From: Flaccisagitta enflata
Lineage: Eukaryota
DNA: 64,000 bases
Assembly (NCBI GenBank): GCA_965153355.1
Contig: OZ231126.1
Coordinates: 15,624,001 to 15,688,000, forward strand
Reading direction: 5' to 3'
How positions within the stretch are numbered: position 1 is the stretch's first letter; every line of letters starts with the position of its first letter. Made by a program: the position numbers and the translations under genes. The notes under the pieces are model-generated. The model was not told where the DNA came from. It searched no databases and saw only the letters and a program-made list of their open reading frames with translations. Below are positions 27,601-46,114 of the stretch, piece after piece.

Positions 27601-30600
27601 AAAACATGTTTGGAAAAAAACATCCTCTTCCGTCGCTTCAGCTGGAGGGAAAAAACATTGACTGGGTCGAGAAATGGACCTACCTTGGTATCACCGTCGT
27701 CTCACACAAACGCTTCAATTGCTGCATTGAGGAGAAAGTGAAATCTTTCTATAGAAGCGCAAATGCTATCCTGAGGATTGAGGGTCGTTCCAACGACCTC
27801 GTAATGCTCCAACTCTTAGAGACCCACTGTGTGTCAATTTTGAGTTATGGGATAGAAGTAATTCACGTTGCAAATGCAGACACTCGTCGCAAGCTTCGCG
27901 TTGCGTACAATTCGATCTTCCGTCGTGTATTCGGATACCGCATGAGCGAATCAGTCACACAACTACAACACGCCCTCGGTCGACCGACCTGGGAATGAAC
28001 TTGTGGAAAAAAGAAAAGCCAAGTTTCTAGCCTCTGCTCGCGAGTCTACGCTGTTAAAACAGTTTCTGTAGAGTGTTTCACCTGAGACACGTCTGATGTC
28101 GCTCCCCCCCCCCACATTCCCCTTTTGTTCATTTGCTATTGTTTTATTTGAAATTATGTCACCGTGCTACATGAATGCTTCATGTGAATAAACTGGATAT
28201 ATATAAGAGGAGGGATTTAAGCGATGTATTGAGATGATCCACTCTAAACCGTAGATGGCGGATATCATCGTTATCTGACCCCCATGGATTCCTTGGTCTT
28301 TCGACATTACCGCTTACCCTTCCTCAACGCATTGGACACCTGTGACGGTTTCTTTTGGCGGCTGGCTACAGGTGCTGAGGCGCCGCCTTGCCTCATTCTT
28401 GACCAACTTAGATTATTTAAACTGGATTTGAAGAAACCCAGACCCAATTTTTTGCGACATAAAGACAATAGCCACGAAGTTATCAATCACACTTGTCAAT
28501 TCTGATTACAGCAGCCTTCTAGTCAACTCCTGCTGCACAACGTACTGCACAAACACCATCTCTCCATGGTATTCTTTTCCAGACAAAACCCTCTTTGATT
28601 TGTGTATCGAGACGATCCACTTCAAATGGGGTACTGCCTCCAGTATTTAGGTAAGTTCCTACCTAACTGCCGCGGAAAGCGAACAAAATGCCCTTTGCCT
28701 GACTGACCAGATCCAACCCTCGCATTCTTCTATTTGCCGCTTTGGACACCTGGGATGGTTTAGTGATGGCTGGTACACCTGCGATTGTACTACAACATCA
28801 TACTCAACCCTTCTACGCCGCCGTTGTATCGCCCTAACATTGTCACCGCACCTCCATTGCCTCCTGGCGAAATCGCCGCTGCTAGACAACGCCATTCAAC
28901 AACGCCATTCAACAATGCTATTCAACAACGCCGCCCAACAACGCCGCCCAACAAAGCCGTTCAACAACGCCGTTCAACAATGCCCTTCCACAACGCCGTT
29001 TGACAACGCCATTTGACAACGCCGCTTGACGACGCCGCTTGACGACGCCGCTTGACAATGCTGTTTGACAACGCCGTTCAACAACGCCATTAAACAACGT
29101 TCAACAACGCCATTTGACAAAGCCATTCGACAACCATGTTCAACAACGCCGTTCAACAACACCGTTCATTAACCATTACCAGACTCTCCCCTCAAAATAG
29201 ACATACTGGCAATCATTATCTACGGAGCCGCGTTTTGGGCCTCTACCCTTTGGAAATCCTGTGGGCGTCATTGTTATCAGGGTGTTGGGCCTCTCCGACA
29301 CCCTGAAAATCGTCATTTCCAGACAATCCTGCGGTGGAACCATCTTGGTGGTGGTGGAACGTGGCGTGGTGGCGACTCCTCATCAGGGGGCTGTGCCTTT
29401 CTGGCACCCTTACAATTATCGCTACCAGACAATCCTTCTGCGGTGGAACCATCTTGGCAACTGTGGAACGTGGCGCAGTGGCACCTCATCCTAACCAAAC
29501 CAAACCTTCAACACAGAGCCCAGACATTTGACTTCACGGCCAGTGTTGTCTCTTGTTCGGGACGAACAAACTCAAAGAGGGTAGCCTCTGTTAGGCCCAC
29601 GACAAAGTTACCCTCATTGTCATTGACATAATGTATCATTTGTCATTGTTCATCCTGTGCCCCATTATCATTACCGGTTGCTGGTTCTCTTCGTCCTCAG
29701 ATATGAGGCACACCCGGTTCATGGTTCATATACTGTATGCTTCTTTCCTTGTATACTTGTATATATCTACGCCTCTCCTCCGCGTTCACACATCATTCTG
29801 GCGTCTGCATTTACTCGTCCTTCATTCCCTACTCATTCGCTCATCTACATCCATACGTCCGTCTACGTCCTCAAAGGTACATCCTAACACCAAACGTGAT
29901 CATAACTCTCTTGACAACGAGATTAAATCAGTTTTATTCAGGCAGATTAAATTCATTCCTAACCAGCTCGTTTCCCCTTTTCAATTCCTTTCCGAAATAA
30001 ATCGATTCAAAGATTTCTGGAAGGTGACCGTGATGGCTCTGTCCCTAGATAATGCTGGTTGCCTCTTGACTATGGAAGTGACAGGTGGTTAATTCTTCTG
30101 GAAATAACCACCCAGGGTGTGTAACGCTTGTTGTCCATGGTTTTGTAAACTTTTTTTTAGGTGATCCATCCTCTCGAGGTCAAAGCCATGCCTCTCAACT
30201 ACGCATGGAAGACGTTGAAACATCTCAACTACGTCAAACGGTCGGATAAATTCCCAAAGGCTTTCCGTCGCGTTCACCCACACGTGATGGCGGCGAAAAA
30301 CGAGAAATGGTCCAACAAGATCTTGTACAAGGCGGTGCAAGATCTACGCAGCGGCAACAGCGCGGGCGGGGACGGCAGCCAACGACTCGACGAGTATCAG
30401 AGTCGCGTCTTGGACGTCTACGAGCTCAACGGCAGACTCAACGGCGTCCAACTCAACGAACTCGACGCCGAGAAACTCAAATATCATCTTCACAATCTCA
30501 ACGAGGAGAAGCAGCTGTTTCGCGATCAAGTCATGGAACACGAGAGAGCCTTCACGTCGACGTTGGCGGATCCCAACGACGTCGCCGGCATGCCCGAGTT

Positions 30601-33600
30601 TCTTCTCAAGGCCCTCGCAGAGGATCCTTTAGATCCGTTTAAGGGACCATGGAAGGTCGGATTTTGTTTTAGATGAGGATGAGAATGACAATTGTTATGA
30701 TGGGGGGGGGGCATGATGATGTCAGGACTGATTGACGATGATGAGAACAATAAGAATGATCGGTATTGATGATATTGATATTGATGATGATGGTAAGACT
30801 AAGAGGAACGATGATGATAAGAGGGATGATGTCAAAGGAGGAGAATATCGTTGATAAAGTTGAAAATAAGAGGATGACGACGGCAATGATGATGACAATA
30901 ACGACGGTGATACACTTTAGAATGACAACATAAATGTAAAGTATGCCGACAACGATAATGATTGGGAAAATAACGACCATGACGACGATGCAAAATTGAA
31001 TTTGGATATACCAATCATATTTCCGTCCCCCTTCAAAAACAGGTCTCTCTCAAACCGGAATTCTATCACCCGTTCATGGAGTACTGTCCGAATCGAGCGG
31101 CGCGATGGAACGCCTGGTGTGGATTCTACACCAAAGCCAGTCCCGCTTTTGGCCCTCACAAATCCAACAACAAACGCATCGAGGAGATTCGTCTTAACCG
31201 TCTCAAGCAAGCGGAATACCTCGGCTTCAAATCCTTCGCGGAAATGGCCCAAGAGACGAAGATGGCGGGTGGTGTCGACGTCGTTATGGGGTTCCTGGAG
31301 AACATGCGGTCCTTCGCGCGACCCGTTGTCGACGAGCAATTGAAGGAGTTGGAGACGTTCGCTCAACTAGTCGGCGGTCTCGGCGCCGGCAAGAACGCCA
31401 AACTGCAGTTACACGACGTCCCGTTTTATCGTCGGTATCAAAGTCAGACGTACTTCCCCGAGGCTGCCGACGTGAGCAAAACGAGCGTGTATTTCGAGTT
31501 TGAACACGTCTTTCATCAAATGTTGGAAATCGTGGCTCAGCTATTCGGACTCGAGATTTCGCCGTCGACGGAAGGCGTCGTCGATGTTTATCATCCGGGA
31601 GTCAGGGCGTATCAGATTAAGGTAACAAACTTGTGTTTCAAGGTTCATGTCATCGCTCCACCCACATCATTACAATTGTCATCAGTTTTCCGTGTCATTT
31701 CAATTGTCTCTTATTGTCCACGTTGTTTCAATTTTCCGCTCTACTGCAGTCACGTCCTTTCATTTTTCATCGGTTTTCAATGAAATTTCTATTGGCGTCA
31801 GTTCTCCATTTCAACTGGTATCAGTTGTCAATGTTGTTTCATTTGTCATCAGTTAACGCCATTTTAATTGTCATCAGTTTTCAACGTCATTCCAATTGTC
31901 ATCAGTTGACAACATCATTTCAATTGTCATCTTTTGTCAATGTCATTTCAGTTGTCATCAGTTGTCAGCGTCCTTGCAATTGTCATCAGTTGTCATCAAT
32001 TGTCATCAGTTGTCAACGTCATTTCAATTGTCATCAGTTGTCAACGTCATTTCAATTGTCATCAGTTGCCAACGCCATTTCAACTGTCATCAGTTGTCAA
32101 CGTCATTTCAATTGTCATCAGTTGTCAACGTCATTTCAATTGTCATCAGTTGTCAACGTCATTTCAATTGTCATCAGTTGTCAACGTCATTTCAATTGTC
32201 ATCAGTTGTCAACGTCATTTCAATTGTCATCAGTTGTCAACGTCATTTCAATTGTCATCAGTTGTCAACGTCATTTCAATTGTCATCAGTTGTCAACGTC
32301 ATTTCAATTGTCATCAGTTGTCAACGTCATTTCAATTGTCATCAGTTGTCAACGTCATTTCAATTGTAATTGTCATCAGTTGTAAACATCCTTTAATTAT
32401 CATCAGTTGTCAACATCCTTTAATTATCATCAGTTGTCAACATCATTGCATTGAAATCAGTTTTCAACATCATTTTAATTGCCGCCATTTGTCATCCTCA
32501 TTTCATTAATCATCATGTCTCAGCATCGTGCTAGGTATCAGTTGTCAAACTCATTTCAATTTTTGTTAGTTCACGGCGTTTTAATTGTCATCAGTTGTCA
32601 ATGTCATTCCAATTGTCTGTTGTCACTTGTCAATGTCCTTGCAATTGTCATCAGTTGTCAATGTCCTCGAGATTGTTTTCAGTTTTCAACGACCTTTCAA
32701 TTGTCTTCAGTTGTCAACGTCCTTGCAATTGTCTTCAGTTGTCAACGTCCTTGCAATTGTCTTCAGTTGTCTACGTCCTTGATTGTCCTTAGTTGTCAAC
32801 GTCCTTGCAATTGTCATCAGTTATCAACATCCTTGCGATTGTCATCAGTTGTCATTGAGATTGTCCTTGGTTGTCAATGTCGTTGCAATTGTCATTAGTT
32901 GTCAATGTCCTTGCTATTGTCATTAGTTGTCAAAGTCCTTGCAATTGTCATCAGTTGTCAATGTCCTTGCAATTGTCATCAGTCATCAACGTCCTTGCAA
33001 TTGTCATCAGTTGTCAACGTCCTTGCAATTGTCATCTGTTGTCAACGTGCTTGCAATTGTCATCAGTTGTCAACGTCCTTGCAATTTTCATCAGTTGTCA
33101 ACGTCCTTGCAATTTTCATCAGTTGTCAACGTCCTTGCAATTTTCATCAGTTTTCAACGTTCTTGCAGTTGTCATCAGTTGTCAAAGTTCTTGCAGTTGT
33201 CAGCAGTTGTCAACGTCCTTGCAATTGTCATCAGTTGTCAATGTCATTGCTATTGTCATCAGTTGTCAACGTCATTGCTATCGTCATCATTTGTCAATGT
33301 CATTGCAAATGTCATCAGTTGTCAATATCATTGCAAATGTCATCAGTTGTCAATGTCATTGCAAGTGTCATAAGTTGTCAATGTCATGTCAATGTCATCA
33401 GCTGTCAACATCGCAAATGTCATCAGTTTTTCAGTGTCACCGCAAATTAGCCCAACAATTATTTACCCGTAGTCATAGGAAAGTTCTCTATCAAAGGGAT
33501 ATAGCTCAAAATCATGTATAAAAATGGTCCATGAAAATAATTTAGCCATAGGACCCCTGTAAACTATGACCGCCACGCACCCCCCTCCCCATTATAAAGT

Positions 33601-35413
33601 ATAGGAAACCCTGGAGCCCAAAATCTATCCCATATATTTTCTATGGAATATGAGGGGGTGGCGGCCATAGTTTATAGGGGTCCCATTGTAAGGGACAAAA
33701 TCTTGCATACCCTCACACTTCCAAGCGCAAGCCCATCCTCACCATGGCGAAGCGGTCCTTGGTCTAGGAAGGGTTACTTGGGGCGCTTGGGCACACCTGC
33801 CTTGTCTTGAAGGAAGAATGAGTCTGTTGGATATTGATGGAATTGTATTGCATCTAGGAGAGGGAACAGGCTCGAAGTAGTTACGGTGCTGATGGTTGAT
33901 AAATGGTGTTGATCATTGAAGACTACGCGGACAGCTATACAACCCTATACAGGGGCCCCAGTGATACGTCATACAATGTAAGGAAAAGGAGAGAATACGG
34001 TTATTGATGCATCGGTATATAAGAATGACAATAAGGTTAATGATCACTGGGACTGATATTATGACAGTGAAAGATTTAACAATGATCGCAGCTATGACTA
34101 CTTCACGGTAATATTCATCAGATTCTTCCATGGCATTGATAGAGTCCAGCCATGCTACTTTTACAGTTTTTCATCCCTTACACCATTGCTAAATTTTTTT
34201 CTTTGACTATCTTCATACATGATTTTGAGCTACTTCGCTTTGATAGTGCTTTCCTTTGACTTTGTGTGAATTTTTGTTATGCTACTGTAAATGTCATCGG
34301 TTGTCAATTTCTTAGCAAAGGTCATCTGTTGTTAACGTCATAGCAATTGTCAACTATTATTAATGTTTTTGTCATCGGTTGTATACGCCACTCTTGTCAT
34401 TATTGTCACTTGCAGGATTTGACGACCGGCGGTGTGAGTCATCTCTTCGTCGATCCTTTCGCGCGAGAAGAGAAAATCGACGGCACATGGTTTGACACCG
34501 GCAGAGAGCGTTGTGACCTCACTTCTTCCACACCCGTCGGCTATTTGACGTGCAACTTTAGGGAATCGGCAACGCATCCGGGATCCGTTCTGCTCTCCTT
34601 CAACGATATCCACGATTTGTTCTTTGAAATGGGAATGGCTCTGAGGAATTTGCTGTCGACGGTTCCGTACAGTGAGGTGAGAAATTCGATTCCCCTCGTC
34701 ATTGTCTTCTTATATCTTCTTCATAAAATAATCTTCTTTTGAACATCTTCTCATCTTCTAATCCATTAATCTCTCTCTCTCACTCATTCACTCACTCACT
34801 CGCTCGCTCGCTCACTCACTCTCAGATTTCCGGTTCGAAAAACGTGGAATGGGACGCCGTCGATGTTGTGGGATTCGTCATGACTCACCTCCTCACCGAC
34901 TTTTCCATCGTCTCGCGTCTCTCCCGTCACGTCGTCACTGAAGAGCGTCTACCGAAGGACCTGTACGAGCAAATCATCGGCTTTCATCAGCACATGGCGG
35001 CTTACGATCTTCTGTGGCAATGTTGTCTCGCCACCTTCGACATCGAGTGTTACGCCTCCATCAAGACCTTTTGGATGGATCTGATGCGACACATTTTCCA
35101 AATGTACTTTCCTTTCAAATACGAACGGGATTACTTCTTCTTACCGTGTTCCTTCACGCAAATCTTCTCCGAGGAATATCCGGCGGCGTATTACTCGCAG
35201 AAATGGGCGGAAATGGTGGCCGCCGACGCCTGGGCCAAATTCGAAGACACGGGATTTAGTCTCGATAATCCGGAAACGATCGCCGTCGGGCATTTGTTCA
35301 AGTCGACTTTCTTCGAGTTGGGAGGCGGAATTCACGCCACAGAAGTGTTTAGGAGGTTTAAAGGCAACGACCCATCCACGGACGCCATGTTGAAAAAATA
35401 TAAACTCATGTGA
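24217..35413 (+). CDS. M3-family oligopeptidase A (OpdA/PrlC-like) homologue, ~763 aa, probably catalytically inactive, with a mitochondrial-type presequence
   Basis: Exons 24217-24585, 30161-30655, 31043-31621, 34416-34676, 34826-35413, all GT-AG and in frame. Family motifs: LPAFSEI, LGFKSFAEM..TKMA, DPFAREEK..G.W, SG..NVEWDAV, F..EYPAAYYSQKWAEMVAADAW, GGGIHATEVFRRFKGNDPS. Confidence 0.9.
24854..25154 (+). repeat. 5' LTR
   Basis: TG...CA ends with 7-bp inverted termini; appears identical to 29589-29889. Confidence 0.93.
27540..28206 (+). mobile_element. 5'-truncated non-LTR retrotransposon (CR1/L2-group-like), ORF2 C-terminus plus 3' UTR, inside the LTR element
   Basis: Translation WDICLNAKKSK...IDWVEKWTYLG...FYRSANAILR...LLETHCVSILSYGIEV resembles the end of a LINE RT. 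A +1 frameshift near 27996 resumes as EELVEKRKAKFL...*. Ends in AATAAA plus a (TA)n tail. Confidence 0.8.
28887..29170. repeat. 13-bp tandem repeat (CAACGCCGTTCAA-like) inside the LTR element
   Basis: Visible degenerate tandem units upstream of the 3' LTR. Confidence 0.8.
29589..29889 (+). repeat. 3' LTR
   Basis: Appears identical to 24854-25154; followed by TSD CCAA. Confidence 0.93.
31640..33440. repeat. 28-bp minisatellite (TTGTCATCAGTTGTCAACGTCATTTCAA and variant ...CCTTGCAA)
   Basis: Visible tandem array; translated ORFs have a 28-aa period. Confidence 0.92.
33471..34261. mobile_element. Diverged TIR element in oligopeptidase intron 3
   Basis: AGTCATAGGAAAG..CTATCAAAG..TAGCTCAAAATCATGTAT at the left end is mirrored by ATACATGATTTTGAGCTA..CTTTGATAG..CTTTCCTTTGACT at the right end; TSD not resolved. 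Confidence 0.6.
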
Positions 35414-35732
35414 TTTTAAACCCAAGAACGGCGTTGGGAAAGATAAATGTAGAATTCGATATTGCTCTTTCTCTCTCGGGATGACCATCCTCCCATCAGC
35501 GTACCCTAATCTTATTTATTGAGACTTTGGAGGATTTGCTAGAATCCTAGTAAGATTGTGTTGTTCTCCAAGAGAAATCGGTCAATTTTGTTGCGGTATT
35601 TTTCCCCCCCGCTAATCGTTTTTTTTTATAAAGGAGCGAGGATAAAACTTTATCGTTCGTGAGGACAACGGATGATCTTGTTGATCCTTGAATGATTCCT
35701 AAGAACAAAAAAAGAAAGATCAGAGAAAAAAG

Positions 35733-43755
<8,023 letters not shown>

Positions 43756-44352
43756 GGCTCTCTATCGCTTGGCAAGAGAAGCTCCAAAGAAAATTAGGAT
43801 GATAAGTGTCAAAATACTCACAGGGGAAATTACTGCGCCCGTTTACAAGTCTCAATCTTTCAATTTTACTTGGACAAGGAAACCCAAATTCTTGAAAGAC
43901 AATATATTTGCACCTTGGTTATAGACGATGATTCAAGCGCTTGAGGTTTCATCCCGGCGATGCTTGTTGTCATCGTCAATTATCCCCCTCGATTATGGTG
44001 GTTGCAACCACAATGAGATGATTCCCAGTATGCAGTTAGTATCTGTTATGAACCGCAACATTGCAACTGATGCTTCAAATATGAGATTAACATGGCGGAA
44101 TTATTGGGAAACAGCACTTTCTAGTCCAGATTTTAACCGGTTTTTCATCATCTCAATTTGCATGCGACACCTCGTGACATTCCCTGATTTATTTACTACT
44201 TGATTACATATTGAATTATGATTACAACTGTGATTTTTAAATGGAAACCGTAAGCACTTCATCAGCATTTTTATATTAACAGGATGTGTGATAACTGAAG
44301 GATTCTCTCGCCGGTTTCTCTCTGAGGCTTGTTGTTTTCTTATACCGACTTA

Positions 44353-45180
44353 ATGATCACTAGAAGCATCTTAGATCGAGTCTTAACTCTGAATACTCTG
44401 TCGTTTCGCCGCACCATGAGCAAGCTGAACGACACTAACAATGGGGAAGACCCGGTTGAAACGGGCAAACGACTGGCCGCATACGCCGCGGTCGACGATA
44501 ACGTTCGCGCCAACATGATTGTCGGCATTGGCAGCGGCTCGACGATAGCCTACGCCGTCCAACGTCTGTCAGAAAGAGTCCGTCAGGGAATGACGGGGAT
44601 CGTGTGCGTACCGACCTCGTTCCAATCCAAACAGCTCGTCGTGGAGAACCACTTGACGTTGTCCGATTTGGAGCGACATCCGGTTTTGGATGTGGCCATC
44701 GACGGCGCCGACGAAGTGGACGACCAACTGCGACTCATCAAAGGCGGCGGCGGATGTTTGACTCAAGAGAAGATCGTCGCATCCTGCGCCGAGAAATTCT
44801 ACGTCGTCGCCGATTTTCGCAAAGACTCGAGCAAATTGGGAGAGAATTGGAAGAAGGGCGTGCCTATCGAAGTCGTGCCGATGGCGTGGAAGCCGGTTCA
44901 AAGTAAGATAGAGAAGCTGATTGGCGGAGCCGCGCCTCTGCGGATGGCGGTTAACAAAGCCGGTCCCCTGGTGACGGATAATGGTAACTTTATCATAGAC
45001 TGGCGCTTTGAAACGGACGCCGACTCGAAAGCGAGGAATTGGGCGGAAGTGGACCGTCAACTGCAGTGTATCCCGGGCATTGTAGACACGGGATTGTTCT
45101 GTGATATGACTACGAAAGTTTACTTTGGCATGAAAGACGGTACCGTCAAGACGAGAGACAAAATCGTCTGCAAGTGTTGA
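44353..45180 (+). CDS. RPIA: Ribose-5-phosphate isomerase A, intronless
   Basis: Single ORF with [70 protein letters not shown]. Start is ATG 44353 or ATG 44416. Confidence 0.96.
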   Translation: MITRSILDRVLTLNTLSFRRTMSKLNDTNNGEDPVETGKRLAAYAAVDDNVRANMIVGIGSGSTIAYAVQRLSERVRQGMTGIVCVPTSFQSKQLVVENHLTLSDLERHPVLDVAIDGADEVDDQLRLIKGGGGCLTQEKIVASCAEKFYVVADFRKDSSKLGENWKKGVPIEVVPMAWKPVQSKIEKLIGGAAPLRMAVNKAGPLVTDNGNFIIDWRFETDADSKARNWAEVDRQLQCIPGIVDTGLFCDMTTKVYFGMKDGTVKTRDKIVCKC

Positions 45181-45474
45181 GCCGTTGATCCGTCTGATAT
45201 TGGTTGCTGGACTTGGCGTGATTCCATATGAATTTTTTGTTAATTCCTCCTACCGTTGATAATGTTGCGCCGTCTTAAAGATTTCCAATTAAATATTATA
45301 GAAAATATTATATTAAATATTATTAACCTGTTTGAAATTTTTATACATTTTTTAATCTTTTTAATGTTCGTTGTTTGTTCTTCCTTTAGCCCTTGTAAAT
45401 TGTCTCTCTTCTCGACAACCGATGGATTCTGCACTGTAGACTCCACGTTCAGAGTCAAACTGAAACTTACGAAG

Positions 45475-45751
45475 ATGGCGTCGTGGTGTCAATTATGTAA
45501 CTGGGGACCCATCCTCGCCCTCACCACCATCGCCGTCATTTCCATATCGACAATTCACTGCCATTTGATGTGGTGGCCGATGACCTCGGTCGGGGGCCTC
45601 CTTCACCTCTGCCTCTTCCTCCTCATAGTCACTCTGATATTGACAAACTATTTTCGCGCCGCTCTCGTCGGGCCCGGCTTCGTTCCTTTCAAGTGGCATC
45701 CACCCAAGAGGGCGGACGAAAAATGCCTGCAGTTTTGCACGATATGTCAAG
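45475..45751 (+). CDS. ZDHHC6: Palmitoyltransferase ZDHHC6, first coding exon only (DHHC-domain exons not found in this window)
   Basis: MASWCQLCNWGPILAL...WWP....GG...NYFRAALVGPGFVPFKWHP...LQFCTICQG matches the ZDHHC6 N-terminus (LCHWGPIIAL...GPGFVP..W.P...LQYC.VCQ). Phase-1 donor G|gtgaac at 45752. Confidence 0.82.
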
Positions 45752-46025
45752 GTGAACATGGACGATAAAGGGTTTAATTGCTCAAGTGTAGATAACTGAT
45801 AAAGGGTGATCATTGAACAACTGGCAAAAACTACTTGGCTTTTGGATACAATATTTCAGGTTTATAAAATTTGGATAACAAAAATGTTATACTTTGTACT
45901 TTGAATGACAAGTTATTCTAAGTTACTACGATAGTATATTTAAGAAGGAAAGCTGAAAAGTTTTGGTACTGTTTTCAAATTCGGTGATGTCTTTTGTTTT
46001 ACTGACTTTCTAAGCGGGTTCTCAT

Positions 46026-46114
46026 TTAGGGTTAGGGGTAGGGTTAGGGTTAAGGTTGGGGTTGGGGGTGGTTTTAGGGTTAGGGTTAGGGTCAGGACTA
46101 GCGTTAGGGCTAGG
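46026..46114 (+). repeat. Short degenerate telomere-like (TTAGGG)n array
   Basis: TTAGGG units mixed with GTAGGG, TTAAGG, TTGGGG and TCAGG variants. Confidence 0.8.

Larger units (their letters stand above)
24854..29889 (+). mobile_element. Non-autonomous LTR retroelement (LARD-like, 5036 bp) in intron 1 of the oligopeptidase gene
   Basis: 301-bp direct repeats 24854-25154 and 29589-29889 with TGTTAGG...CCTAACA ends; 4-bp TSD CCAA (24850-24853, 29890-29893); TGG-starting PBS-like sequence at 25157; purine tract AAAGAGGGTAG just before the 3' LTR; no gag/pol ORF. Confidence 0.92.

Noticed and set aside
31633-33521. Cys/His-rich repetitive ORFs and a CRISPR-like 28-bp period
   Set aside because: Head-to-tail repeats without unique spacers in a eukaryotic intron; no cas genes.
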